From the NCBI GenBank assembly GCA_963728405.1, contig CAVSJV010000018.1, forward strand, positions 1 to 64,000: a stretch of 64,000 nt of DNA. Reading direction: 5' to 3'. The translations under genes were made by a program, and so were the position numbers. Below, piece by piece: positions 1 to 12,566 of this stretch. The DNA comes from Methanomassiliicoccaceae archaeon (GTDB taxonomy: Archaea; Thermoplasmatota; Thermoplasmata; Methanomassiliicoccales; Methanomassiliicoccaceae). The notes beneath the pieces are model-generated. The model was given only the letters and a program-made list of their open reading frames with translations. It was not told the DNA's origin and searched no databases. Every line of letters begins with the position of its first letter. The stretch's first letter is position 1.

Positions 1-3000
1 AACTCGATTGCCCACTGCACGAACGCGTTGAACGCGTTCACGATGACCGTGATCGTCGCGGCGACGGCGTTCCACAGATTGTTGACGTAGTTGATCCCGG
101 CCTGCACCAGGCTCGACGCCAGGTTCGCCAGCGCGGTGCCGATCGTCACGAGACAGTTCCACACGAACTCGAATATGGCGGTCGGCGACAGGAAGTTCGG
201 CGCCGCCCCGGTCGGCGACGAGTTCAGCTCAATGTACGGCAGTCGGGACATGATGTCCTTCGGCAAATGCAGCAGGTAAACGTTCGGTATCACGATGTCG
301 TTGCCGATCTGCTCGTTCGCCGCGTCGTGCGTCAGCTTGTACAGCAGGTTCTCGGCGTCGGCGTTCGACATGCTCTTCTCGATCACGGCGACGATGTGAC
401 CGCTGCTCGTCGCCTGCGACGCGTCGGTAGCGTAGAACGAGCCGCCCGCCAGTTGCGAGCTTCCGGGGTTCGTGGTCAGCGTGTCGTTGAGCTGCGACTC
501 GAGCGCTAGGTAGCGCGGCACGATGATCGTGTTGACGCCGCTGACGAAATGTGCGCTCGAGCCTGGCGTCGTGATGTATATCATGTACACCTGCTCGTCC
601 GCGTTGTAGCGGTAACTACCGTCCGAGGCGATGTATAACCCACTGTTGTCGTCGGTGGAATTGATGACGATGGTGTTCGCCTTCGGCTTGACGACCGTCT
701 CGACGAAGTAGCGGACCTCGCAGTCGGTGTTGGGGTTATACCACCAATCCTCCCCTTCTCCGTAGGCGTTGTAATAGACGCGGCCCTGGTTGAAGTAGTA
801 GGTGAACGGGTAGTCGGTGTTGTCCGCGGTGGTGTGCTCGCAATCGAGCAGGATATCGTCGTTCAGGCCGCCGGCGTCATCGGCTATCGCCTGCAGCGAG
901 AACGGCATGCTCGTCCCGTCGTCCGGCGCGTCGATGTAGTAGTCGAAGGCGAAGTAGCGGTCTTCGTGGGTGTGCACGTCGATGAGGCGGGTGGTCGACA
1001 GCGTCTTGTCGTTGTTGATCTTCAGGGCGAAGAAGATGTTGTGCACCGACCCGCCGTTGATGTCCTCCCAGAGGTTAAGGAAGTTGAACTGCACGTGCAG
1101 CATCATGTCTCCGAGGAACTTGTCGACGTTGTCGTTGAATCCGTCGCCGTCGGTATCCTTGTACGTCGGATCGAGCTTCTGGCCGCACAGCGTATTGCCG
1201 ATGATCTCGTTGTGATCGTTAACGCCGTCGCTGTCGGTGTCCTGGAGGATAGGATTCGTCACCCAGCCGTCGGCGCCCATGTTCACTTCCTCGCCGTCAA
1301 GGATGCCGTCGTCGTCGGTGTCGGCATCATTCGGGTTCGTTGTGCCGGTGATCTCCAGGCGTACGTACTGTACTTGGCCGTCGCTGCCGGCGGAGTTCCA
1401 GTCAGCGACGTAAAAGTTGAACGTGCCCCCGCTGGCGTACTGCGCCATCGTGTAGGTGCCGTCGATCGGCACGAAGCTCTCGAAGACGTTCGCGCCGCTC
1501 TGCGCGCGGTAGTATAAGCACTGATGCGTGCTGATGCCATCCTTGTTCATCCAGATCTCGATGTCCTGGGCGCGGTCGGTGATCACGCCGACATGGACCT
1601 TGATCGAGGTGATCCTCTCGATCAGAATCGACGGTACGGTGATCGGAATGCACGGCCTGCCATCGTTACCGGCGCCGTTCGGTACGCGGTAGAACTGCTC
1701 CGACGACCAAGTCTGCGACCACACCTCGCTGCCGTCCAGTAGGCCGTCGTCGTCCGAGTCCGGGTCGGTCGGGTCGGTGCCCATCACACAGTGCTCCATA
1801 TAGTCGTTCAAATTGTCTGAGTCCGTATCTGCAGAGAACGGATCAAGTCCGTACGGATACGCGACACGGTTGGCCTCGAAGGCATCGCTCAACCCGTCCC
1901 CGTCAGAATCGTAGGACAATGTGAGCTGAGCGACCCGGATGCCCGAGGATGTGATCTTGAACTTGACATTGATCTCCGATCCACTGATGCTATCGCGAAT
2001 GTGGGACGAATCCACTAGGAACTCGTCGTAGTGCCAGTTGCCATCATTAGTGATCGATTTGAGGAGCGTGTATGTACTGTCGCCATTGGAGACATATATG
2101 CCGCCCGCGTTCGTCGCCACGTAGTCGATCCTAACGAGGTAGTCGGTCCCACTGATTGCTGCGTTGATAAGGAAAGTGGCGTCGGTGCCCTGCGATTGCC
2201 TGACCGTCCTGCCACCGTATGTGGTCGCATCCCCCCAACCTCCGTAGACCGAGATGCCCAGCATATGGCTGACGATATCGGTATCTCCAGATATACCAAC
2301 GTAACTGATGTACTGCGCCGGGCCCAGGGTGATCGACGTCAGGTTATGGATGCCTGACGCCACCCTGATGCGGACGTTCACGCCGGCCGACGAGCTGTCG
2401 GCGTCGTAGTAGACGTCCTTGTTGATGAGGAAGGTCGCCGACCCGCCGGTCACCGATGCGCTTCCCAGCGATATGTATCCAGACGAGGTCAACTGCTCCA
2501 GCGAAATGACCGCGTCATTGTTGCATTCGAACTTCAGGGAATAGAACACACTGACGATCGGTATCGAGACCAGCAGTGTGGCGCCGACGGCGCCGTTGGT
2601 GATGCCACCGTCCAATGCCCATCCCGACTCGAACGATATGCCTGGATTGTGGTTGTTCAGCGTATAATCGCTCTTGTATGTAGTGGCAACAGCATGGATG
2701 CAATCGACCTTGAGCGCTTGAGCGAAGCGCAGCTGGACGTTCATTCCCAGCGTTCCCGCGAGCGAATCGTATCGGTGATCAGGATCAAGGATGAACGAAT
2801 GGCTCCGGGTGGTGGAATCGCCGGGCATAGTGGCGACACTAATCCACACCCCATTGCTCAGCACCTGGACGGCCACATCGTCCGATGCCAGGTATCTGAT
2901 GGTGATCAAGTAGCCCACATTCCTCTGATACGATTGCTCGTACAAATTGAGCAGGAAGGCGGCGTTCTCAACCCCCTCCCTCATCGAATCGACCGTGGAG

Positions 3001-6000
3001 TACCATCCACTCAACAGAGAGAGGCCCGGCAGGTGATCTGTAGCTGTCATGTCTCCGACGGAGCCGACATCCAGGTAGAAGATGTCCTGGCCCGCGGAGA
3101 CGTCCACTGAGAAGAGATATGTGCCGGAGCCGGTGCCCGATATCCACCAGATCGCGATGTACCAGTACCCGGAGGAAGTGGCGGCGAGGTCGATGTTCTC
3201 GGTCATCCCCACGCCGTTGGTGGAGTTGGCCAGCCGAGTTCCTGAGGGGTTCAGGAGACTGAGATCATAGTTATGCCCCGAGGGCACGTTCACGGTGATC
3301 TTGATCTGCTGACCACTGTAAGCGGAGATCTTGTAGTAGTCCGAAGGGTCGAAAGGATTGTAGAGAGAACCGGAGAACGAGCCGGTCACGATCTGAAGCG
3401 CCGTTCCAGTTGTTGAGCCGGCATCACCGCCCTGATGGCCGGCATCGTTGATCGAATATGTGCTGAACTGTCGATCCGAGCTTACCGCTGGGTTGCTGGG
3501 ATAGGACGTAGAGACGGATCGGACCCTATAATGATAAACGGTCCCCGGAACCAGATTGGTTAACGTAACCGAATGTGAAGTGGTCGTGGCCCCGGAAACC
3601 GTGGTCCCATACCCAGTAGTTGTACCATAGTCAACATCCGAGCTGCAGGCTATATCGGTCGTCCATGTGATCGTCGCCGTATAGTTGGTTATCCCTACCG
3701 AAGCAATACTGGATATCCATATTGCTGATGTGGTGAAGGTCATGTCGTTGCTTAGCGCAACGTCGGATGGGTTGGACGATGAGACCGATCGGACCCGATA
3801 GTGATAGGTCGTTGCGCGGGTTAGGCCATTGAGCGTCACGGAATGCGATGTGCCAGAACCACTTGAGGTCGAGCTTCCGTACGATGTATTGAGACCGTAC
3901 TCCACCACCGAGGAGCCTGCGTATTGCGTAGACCAGGCGATCGTGATGGATACCGAACTGACCGGATTTGGTGCAATGTTGGTTATTGCGATCGAGCCCG
4001 TGGTAAATGTCGCATCGTCACTGTACGCGGTATCGGATGAGTTGGTTGTGGATGTGGACCTCACTCGGAAGTGATAGGTCGAAGCGGATGACAGGCCGGT
4101 CAATATTACTGTGTGAGACATGCCCGATGTGCCAGTCATCATATTGGTGTACGACGAGGTTGCCCGTAGTCCACAACCGAGTTACCAGGGCCGTCAGTAT
4201 TCCACGTTATAGTAACCGAGCCCGAAGGCGATACGGAGACAACAACGTTCGATATGGAAAGGGTCAACGTTGAGAAGACGTGGTCAACAGAATATCCATC
4301 ATTGCTCCCGACCTTGAAATGGTACATGGTGTTCGAACTGAGGCCGGTTAGTGTTACCGAGTGTGAAGTACCATCGTCATCACCATATTCATTTTCACCA
4401 TAGGAAGTCGTTAGGCCGTATCTTACTTTGGAGTCGTCGTCATATTGTGTCGTCCAGGTGATTGTGGCGGAAGATGCTGTGATCGAAGAAACAGCAATAT
4501 TGTCAGGGCCGAGCCAGAAGGTCGCATCTGCGCTGCTCACCGAATCTGATGGGTTGGATGATGAGACCGATCGGACCCGATAGTGATATATGACGTTGAT
4601 CGACAGATCCTCAAGCCACACCGAGTGCGATGTACCCGAGCTACTTGTCTCAGTGTTCCCATATGATGTGGTGGTCCCATACTCAACGATTGAAGTCCCT
4701 GCGGCAGAAGTGGTCCATGTGATCCTGATCTCATCGCTGTATTCGTAATGTACCACAAGATTGGAAATAGCAATACCTAGGGTGGTGAACGTCAAATCCC
4801 CAGAATAGCCATAGCTGCTCCTTCCCATCCTGAAGTGGTATGTGGTATTGGAGAGCAGACCAGTTATGGTCACTGAGTGCGATGTCCCGCTTCCTCCGCT
4901 CTGTGAGCTACCGTAGGAGGTCGTGGTACCGTACTGCAGGTCTGACGAGACGCTGCTCGCGGTCGTCCAGGTGATCGTCGCCGTGGTAGCGGTGATCGAG
5001 CTGACGACGACGTTGGAGATCATGCTCAGCGTGGTGAACGTGAAGTCGCCGGTGTATCCGTAGCTGGCATCTCCTATTCTGAAATGGTAAGTGGTGTTGG
5101 AGTTCCTGCCAGTAATGGTGGCGGAATGAGAAGTGCCGGTTCCTCCGCTTTCATCGCCGCCATATGAGGTCGTAAGTCCATATTGCACCTCCGATGAAAC
5201 GCTGCTCGCGGTCGTCCAGGTGATCGTCGCCGTGGTAGCGGTGATCGCACTTACCACCACGTTGGAGACCATGCCTAGCGTGGTGAAGGTGTAATCATCG
5301 GTATAGCCGTATGTGCTCCTTCCCAACCTGAAGTGGTAGGTAGTGCTGGAGAGCAAGCCGGTAAGGGTCTGCGAATGGTTTATGTAATTTGTTCCTCAGT
5401 TATCGTGCTGCCGTACGAGGTATTGATGCCATACTGCAGGTCGCTCTTGGTTGACTCCGCGGTCGTCCAGGTGATCGTCGCCGTGGTAGCGGTGATCGCA
5501 CTTACCACCACGTTGGAGATCATGCTCAGCGTGGTGAACGTGAAGTCGCCGGTGTATCCGTAGCTGCTGCTCCCGACTCGGAAATGGTAAGTGGTGCCCG
5601 AGACGAGGCCGGTTATAGTGGCGGAATGCGATGTCCCGCTTCCTCCGCTCTGTGAGCTGCCGTACGAGGTCGTGAGTCCATATTGCACTCCCGACGAGAC
5701 GCTGCTCGCGGTCGTCCAAGTGATGATCGCCGTGGTAGCGATGATCGAGCTGACGACCACGTTGGATACCATGTTAAGTGTGGTAAATGTCGAATCTCCA
5801 GAGTAGTCACTACCGCTCCCGACTCGGAAATGGTAAGTGGTGCTCGAGACGAGGCCGGTTATAGTGGCGGAATGCGATGTCCCGCTTCCTCCGCTCTGTG
5901 AGCTGCCATACGAGGTCGTGAGTCCATATTGCACTCCCGATGAAATGCTGCTCGTGGTCGTCCAAGTGATCGTCGCCGTGGTAGCTGTGATCGAGCTGAC

Positions 6001-8833
6001 GACCACGTTGGAGACCCTGCTAAGGGTGGCGAAGGTGTAGTCGTCAGAATAACCGTAGCTGCTCCTCCCTAATCTGAAATGGTAGATGGTGTTGGAACTC
6101 AAGCCCGTAATGGTGGCGGAATGCGATGTCCCGCTTCCTCCGCTCTGTGAGCTACCGTAGGATGTCGTGGTACCGTAGTATGCGGTCGACGAGACGGATT
6201 GGGCCGTCGTCCAGGTGATCGTCGCCGAAGAGATGGTGATCAAGCTGACGACGACGTTGGAGACCATGCTAAGCGTGGTGAACGTGTAGTCGTCAGGAAA
6301 CAGCCAGATGTGCTCTTTCCAGCCCTGAAGTGGTAGACCGTATTGGAGAGCAGGCCGGTGATCGTGACGGAGTAAGTGCCAGTTCCTCCGCTTACCGTGG
6401 TACCGTACGAGGTCGTGGTCCCGTATTGCACCTCGGACGCGACGCTCGAAGCGGTCGTCCAGGTGATCGTCGCCGAAGAGACGGTGATCGAGCTGACGAC
6501 CACGTTGGAGACCATGCTAAGCGTTTTTAATGTCGAGTCTCCAGAGTAACCGTAGCTGCTGCTGCCGAGTCTGAAATGATAAATAGTATTGGAGAGCAGG
6601 CCGGTGATCGTGACGGAGTGAGAAGTGCCAGTTCCTCCGCTTACCGTGGTACCGTACGAGGTCGTGGTCCCGTATTGCACCTCGGACGCGACGCTCGAAG
6701 CGGTCGTCCAGGTGATCGTCGCCGAAGAGACGGTGATCGAGCTGACGACGGCGTTGGAGACCATGCTCAGCGTGGTGAACGTGTAGTCGTCAGAATAACC
6801 GTAGCTGCTGCTGCCGAGCCTGAAGTGGCAGGTGGCATTGGAGAGCAGATTGGTAACGGTCGCCGAATGCGATGTGCTAGTTCCTCCGCTTACCGTGGTA
6901 CCGTACGAGGTCGTGGTCCCGTATTGCACCTCGGACGCGACGCTCGAAGCGGTCGTCCAGGTGATCACGGCGGTAGTGACGGTGATCGAGCTGACCATTA
7001 CATCAGTAATGGAGACGGCGAGTGTGGTGAAAACCATGTCCGGGCTAGTGTCAGAGGAAAGACCGAACAGGGACACCGACTCCACGTAGAAGTGATACGT
7101 GGTATTGGCCGAGAGGCCGGTGATCGTTACCGAATGAGAGGTGACTATGATAATGGTGTCCTGACTGACATGAGAACCGTATGATGTGGTGGTGCCATAG
7201 TAGACGTGTGATGACCCCGCGACGTCTGTTGTCCAAGTAATGATGGCGGACGTGGTGCTGGGGGCGGCGTTCAATGTTAGAGATCGTTATTCCACTGGAG
7301 GCAGCATAGACTACATCCTGGTCAATGGACGAAGATGAGAGGGCATTCAGGGTTGTAGAAGAGAGCAAATCCTGCTCCAGGGAGGCCAGGCATGTCATAA
7401 ATCTTCTCTTGGGCGGCGAATGACAGCATAATATCGTCGCCGATGCTCCCGCCTACGAACCCGTCGACCGCGGCCATTAGAGAGTAGACTTCATTCAGTG
7501 CTGCTTCTTCCCTGAAGTTCACTAGGTCGTCCACTATCGTATCGATCGAAGCGAGCAGCATAGCTCTGGAAGCAAGATCGACAGAACACGCCATCGTCCA
7601 GTGTGGCGATGTAGCTCTTGAGATCATAAATGTCCAGCGATTCGTACAACACGTCCTGGAAGTAGAACAGCTCGGTCGTGTTGTGGTGTGCCTCCACCCA
7701 GATGCAGGGACGTCGCCGTTCAAACTAGCTATGACTGACGGGAACGATGACTCGATGCGATCGGTCGACAGTCTCTCGGCGTCGATTAGGATCGATCCGC
7801 ATGATGAGATGGCCGAGGCGGAGATCTCCGTCCACGCTTTCGTAGCGTTCTCCCAGGCGACGAAGAAGCCGTCACCGTGAGCGGTCGCGGACACTTGGCC
7901 GTAGATGCCTGATGCGTGGGAGACTGCTACCGAACTCCAGGACAGGTGGTCGCTCGACGATATCGCTCCCTGGACGATGGCACCCGCGACGCCGTTGTAG
8001 GACCAGCCGATGAACACGATGCCGTTGTTGAGCACGAGGTCGAGGTCGGCGACGACACCGGTAGAGAAGCTCGCGATCAGCGTGGTCGCGTCGACCTGCG
8101 CTCCGTCGTAGCCGATGCTGCCGTAGACGATAGCATCATATGGGAAGCTGCAGTGAACGGCGTAGTATAATGCCGACGCGTCGGCGACGATGCGGCCGAA
8201 GCCATCGCCGATCTCTAGGGCAGCCATCGGCGTGGCGCCAACGAGCTCGTTGCCGTCGAGCGTAATGTTCAGTATGGAGAAGACCGAGGAGTTGCCGTTC
8301 GGTCTCATCAGTCCAAGGTACAGGCGGCCGTCCGTCAGCGCGACCGACGGGGACGAGCCGTCGCACAGCTGGAACGTTCGGCTCCAGGTAATGCCGCCGT
8401 CGGACGAGTGCTGGACGTAAATGGTCTGGTTGGCACTCTCGGTCAATCGGCCTTCGAACGCGATGCTTACATCGAGGTCCGAGGAGACGATGGAGATGTT
8501 GGAAATGGAATAGAACACCGGCGAGATGGCGCGGTCGGAGGAGAACGATGCTCCGTTATCGAACGAAATCTTATAATCAAGTTCCATGCCGCCGTCGACG
8601 AGGTTTGCCCAAGCGAGGTGCAGCGTGCCGTTCGACGAGATCGTCGACGACGGAGAGGTCGCCCCATCGTTCGATATCGTCAAACGGCGGTGATCGTGCT
8701 CTGCCGGATCGGTCAAGGCGAGCACATCGTCCCCTACCTCTGCGGACACTCCATTCGTCATAACCTGGAACACGGTCATGACCATTATCAAGGCACAAGC
8801 TACGCTGATCAATTTGAGGATAGAACGCCTCAT
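1..8833 (-). CDS. Giant secreted/surface protein (signal peptide, BNR-like region, ~15 FN3-like repeats, PPC-like domain, DxDxDG calcium-binding repeats); frameshifted, runs off the left edge
   Basis: ORFs 7322..8833, 7491..7697, 7051..7398, 6240..7274, 5380..6267 and 4139..5356 join through single-base shifts. My manual translation of ~4170 to 1 stays open (e.g. DSDGDGLSD, DPTDPDSDDDGLLDGSE, DTDDDGILDGEE). N-terminus MRRSILKLISVACALIMVM is a signal peptide. Confidence 0.85.
3460..7290 (-). repeat. About 15 tandem ~250 bp FN3/purple-acid-phosphatase-N-like repeats
   Basis: Recurring unit SNVVVSSIT-ATITWTT-S-VQYG-TTSYG-SHS-TITGL-TYHFR. Several units are near-identical at DNA level (e.g. 6340-6520 vs 6590-6770). 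Confidence 0.9.
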
Positions 8834-8859
8834 CTTCTCCGACTCCCGAGAAAGGATTA

Positions 8860-8882
8860 GTTTATCTATATTTATAATTAAT
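8860..8882 (-). promoter_or_regulatory. Putative archaeal TATA box of the giant surface protein gene
   Basis: Minus strand reads TAATTATAAATATAG ~35 bp upstream of the ATG at 8833; GGAG precedes the ATG. Confidence 0.55.
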
Positions 8883-9219
8883 TATTCATTTGAATAGAAT
8901 CTATCTATTCAGGTGAAAGATTTACTGCGATGAACGGGTGGAGATCGATTTCGACCTTATTCTCAGAAGGCGCATGGCCGCATACGTCGATCTAGCATTC
9001 GACGATGGAACCCAGTTTGGGGAAAGGGTATGGCCGTGCAAGGTGGTCAACTAGATACTCAGAACATTATGGGAGTACATTCTGAATCGAATATTCCGTA
9101 CGAGATCATTCATTGAATCCTGAACTGACCTATGAGGTTGATCCCTTCCTTGATTTGATCATTTTTCCATTCATCGAACATTGACCAAGACCAATCTCCA
9201 GAAGAACAAGGTGATCTTC

Positions 9220-9244
9220 GTCCGGTATCCTACCGATACCGGAT
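9220..9244. repeat. Palindrome copy 1 (GTCCGGTATC-CTACC-GATACCGGAT)
   Basis: 10 bp inverted arms with 5 bp spacer, intergenic. Confidence 0.85.
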
Positions 9245-9621
9245 ATTTCGTCACCTGCTAAGGTCAAAATAACTCACCGCAGCGCTCTCTCAGGTCAATG
9301 AAGCATACAATCGTATGTTTTCACATGAGCCAGCTATAAAGTCGGAAAACGTTTGGAGTGAATTTCAACAATAATGGTCTAGCGTAGAATAAGGGTGGGC
9401 TCGAGCTCTAATATTACTCCTCATTCTGAGCCATATGACAAAATCAAAGTCTAATTCAAACGGTAAAACGCGAGGCTAGTCTGATAAAAACTTTCTCTTT
9501 TTCCATAGATACTGTCAACGAAATATCATGATGTGTTGCGGAGTTGGCAGAGCCAAGGTCTTTGTCCTCGAGACTGAAAAAAATTCACTTCCAGGCAATT
9601 AATGGTCGCTCCCCTCTCCGA

Positions 9622-9675
9622 CGTCCGGTATCCCATGCTTTTCGTTCGGTATCATGGACGAAATCGTCTGGTATC
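9622..9675 (+). repeat. Three phased direct half-sites CGTYYGGTATC
   Basis: GTCCGGTATC 9623, GTTCGGTATC 9644, GTCTGGTATC 9666 (21/22 bp period). An inverted half-site GATACCGGAC lies at 9881-9890. Confidence 0.75.
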
Positions 9676-9985
9676 GTTTCTTATCGGCAGCTGGATGGGC
9701 TGATGGGAATGACCGACCGGGGCATAGGTGAAGGAATGATATGGTATCCCCTCGGTTCTATGAGCACCAGTTCCGTTGGAGTGAGCGCCACAAGGCAGCA
9801 AAATCATGTTGTTTCAAGCGTAAATCGATCGATGGCCAGTCAATGATATATGTCCGCCACGGTTGTCACCACTCTACGGCGATACCGGACGAGGGCACGC
9901 TCAAATCACCTGATTACTAACCTTGTAATCAATAGGTCGAAGAGCCAAATAGGTTTTCACAATAAAAAAATAGTAAGTCATATAT

Positions 9986-11143
9986 ATGGGATTATACAGG
10001 GAGCGAATGTTCTCGACCGACCGGGAATCCGAGAGCGTTTCTGAAAGCTTCAACATAGAGAAGCTAATAATGCCCGGTCAGGAAGTTGGTATAACTCCCC
10101 TTTTATTACTTTTAAAACAGAAGGCGAGGGAAAGAAAGAGGAGCATTACTGCAATATTATTTGGCGCAGATGAAGACCCAATGGACATTTTTATGAGATA
10201 TAAAAAGCATGGGTTTAACATTGAAATTAGAAGATATCATTCGTTTTCTGAGGCCCATCTCACCGTAGATAAAAACGAACTCGCAGATGAGGATAAATCA
10301 CAAGCAATATCCGGATATTTTTACATCCTGCCAATCGAACCTGGAATCTGGACATCAATCACCTTCGAGAAAGAAATATTTGTAGAAAAGGGATTAATGA
10401 AACTACTTCAAAAACATTCAATGAGCATCAGTAGGACTGGATTTACTTCAAACGAAATCCATGATGTATTAACAAAAATAATCGAAAAGGACGGAATGAC
10501 TGCCGAGGTCATAAAAGCGGTAACTTATCCCTATGGTGGAAATGGGGATATTGATTTCAATAGTCGAAGTTTACAAGATTTATTCCACTATTGCACTACA
10601 GGTCGTCGATATCTTGACAAAGCAAAGATCCGTATTACTAGGGTTGGTCACCAACCATCTGATATTTTCGTCAGTAGAGATGGCATGTTCAGATTCTACA
10701 AAGGAGACATTGATTTCTTTTTTAGGATAGTTCTTAAGTCATTCGCGACCCCAGCGAAGAGGACTAAAAAGGTTCTAGAGAAACGGGAAAGAACATATGG
10801 GAACTATGATTCGAAACCAATAAAGATTGAGTTCGAACATGAAATGTTCAAGGAACAAGGAGATAACGACAAATTCGTTAGAGCAATATCAAAAATAGTG
10901 AAATCTGGTGTTTCGGTCTATCATCGGAATCCCTACCTGCACATCTCGTTGGTCGATTTTCAAGATGGATCCACATACGATATCTTTGCAGTATCGTCCA
11001 GATCATTATGTGTTGTCCCATCATTTAGGTCATCGTTAGATTCGTTACAAAGAATCAGCAGCCAGATGTTTAAGAATTTTGATGAGGGATTGGTAAAGGA
11101 CTGGGAAGAAATTGAAAGAACGATAGACGACTATTTCGTGTGA
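9986..11143 (+). CDS. Hypothetical protein (AT-rich), first gene of a two-gene operon
   Basis: 385 aa ORF, low GC, 4 bp upstream of the next ORF; no domain recognised; true start may be downstream. Confidence 0.8.
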   Translation: MGLYRERMFSTDRESESVSESFNIEKLIMPGQEVGITPLLLLLKQKARERKRSITAILFGADEDPMDIFMRYKKHGFNIEIRRYHSFSEAHLTVDKNELADEDKSQAISGYFYILPIEPGIWTSITFEKEIFVEKGLMKLLQKHSMSISRTGFTSNEIHDVLTKIIEKDGMTAEVIKAVTYPYGGNGDIDFNSRSLQDLFHYCTTGRRYLDKAKIRITRVGHQPSDIFVSRDGMFRFYKGDIDFFFRIVLKSFATPAKRTKKVLEKRERTYGNYDSKPIKIEFEHEMFKEQGDNDKFVRAISKIVKSGVSVYHRNPYLHISLVDFQDGSTYDIFAVSSRSLCVVPSFRSSLDSLQRISSQMFKNFDEGLVKDWEEIERTIDDYFV

Positions 11144-11147
11144 TTCT

Positions 11148-12242
11148 ATGAGTCCTGCTCATCCTCCTGAAGCTGAACTCAAAGATCATGCCAAATGCGT
11201 AAAAGGCCTCAAGGTAGATTTTAGCAATTATGATCAAACCGTCGATGTAATATCCTGTTGGCACTCGTATTTTGACTCCATTTATGTAAAGAAAGGCGCA
11301 GGGCTATTTTTTGATCGATATCCAATAATTGGAGATAAGGGACTCACTCCAGATTTTACGATGGTTTTTAACGAAGACTATGCGATTATTGCAGATGTCG
11401 CCAGATCAATAGAGAACAACTCCCACTCCCTTGAATCAAAGGCAGCTCAATTAAAGAATTATGATGGATGTAAGAAATTAAGATCGGGACCGGGTCCGAA
11501 TGATTGGATTGAACCAAAAACAATAGACCAGATGTTAATCCTTCATACTCAGTTCTCTGATAGGGGAGCAAGAGAACTATTGAAAATTCAAAAAAAAGAA
11601 GAATACAAATTGGATAATAATCTGGCCATCCTTGAATATGATTTATCACAAGCCTACGCAGATTCAGCATATATTTTCAAAAAGGTCGGCATCGCTCGGA
11701 ATAAGAAGTTGAGGGATAAGAGTCTACCAAAGCAGCTTCAATTGGAGCGACTGTTCGGAAAAGAATTGAAGTCTCTGAACTGTACGCCAGACAAATTTGT
11801 TGTAAATAAGGCAACACACTTGTTTTGTAACGATTCCCCATGTCCAATATATCTGGTTGCGAGGCTTTGGGATAGGGGTTTGATCAATTTATTGACCGAT
11901 GACCAATTGGATACGTGGCATCAAGGAACCTCAATGCAAAGCATTCAAATTGAAACCAGTTCCTCAGAACTACGCAATCTTATCCATGACAAAATATCTC
12001 CAGGGTGCTGGATCCCCGAAGGTTGTATGGACAATTCATTGGAATTTTTAAAGATTGCTGGCAGGGCAGAAAATGATAATAAAAAATGGACCATAGATTA
12101 TGGTAATATTCAAATAAAGAAGACAAAAAAACGAACAGGGATTGGACCCATTAAGGATGAACTGGTCGATCAATTTTACGAAATGAGGGAATATGCAGAG
12201 TTACTATCTACAATGTATTGTGAAGGTCTGAAAAACACGTGA
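11148..12242 (+). CDS. Hypothetical protein with possible degenerate PD-(D/E)xK nuclease-like motif
   Basis: 364 aa ORF; motif LTPDFTMVF...IIADV. Confidence 0.7.
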   Translation: MSPAHPPEAELKDHAKCVKGLKVDFSNYDQTVDVISCWHSYFDSIYVKKGAGLFFDRYPIIGDKGLTPDFTMVFNEDYAIIADVARSIENNSHSLESKAAQLKNYDGCKKLRSGPGPNDWIEPKTIDQMLILHTQFSDRGARELLKIQKKEEYKLDNNLAILEYDLSQAYADSAYIFKKVGIARNKKLRDKSLPKQLQLERLFGKELKSLNCTPDKFVVNKATHLFCNDSPCPIYLVARLWDRGLINLLTDDQLDTWHQGTSMQSIQIETSSSELRNLIHDKISPGCWIPEGCMDNSLEFLKIAGRAENDNKKWTIDYGNIQIKKTKKRTGIGPIKDELVDQFYEMREYAELLSTMYCEGLKNT

Positions 12243-12302
12243 ACGTTAAAGTATCACCAAAAGACTCAAAATATAGTCAGAAGTCATTATTTTAATAATG
12301 AA

Positions 12303-12566
12303 CTAGATTATTTTGGTTCAGAGCCACTAATCGAATCCATACTCAGGTTGCTGAACTGGAGAGACCGTCTCTCGCTACACTATGCGATCTGATTGGGACC
12401 CCTGTTAGGTAATCGATTATCCACCCAGTCGAGCGTGTGTCCCCAATTGTCTAGGGACCCACCGATTGAAAACCTTCAGAGCCATAATGGTTCTCAGCTA
12501 CCTCGCATATTCCGTTTTTCGACGGCCATACTCACCTTCCTTCGATTGGGGCTGGGAGAATCATCT
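12303..12566. other. Structured intergenic element (candidate ncRNA)
   Basis: Nested stems 12322-12335/12541-12553 and 12345-12354/12494-12503 plus internal hairpins. Confidence 0.35.

Noticed and set aside
91-4273. Plus-strand ORFs in the track
   Set aside because: Antisense shadows of the open minus-strand frame of the giant gene.
4139-7400. Programmed frameshifting or phase variation in the giant gene
   Set aside because: Frameshifts are equally common in unrelated genes across the window, so sequencing error is simpler.
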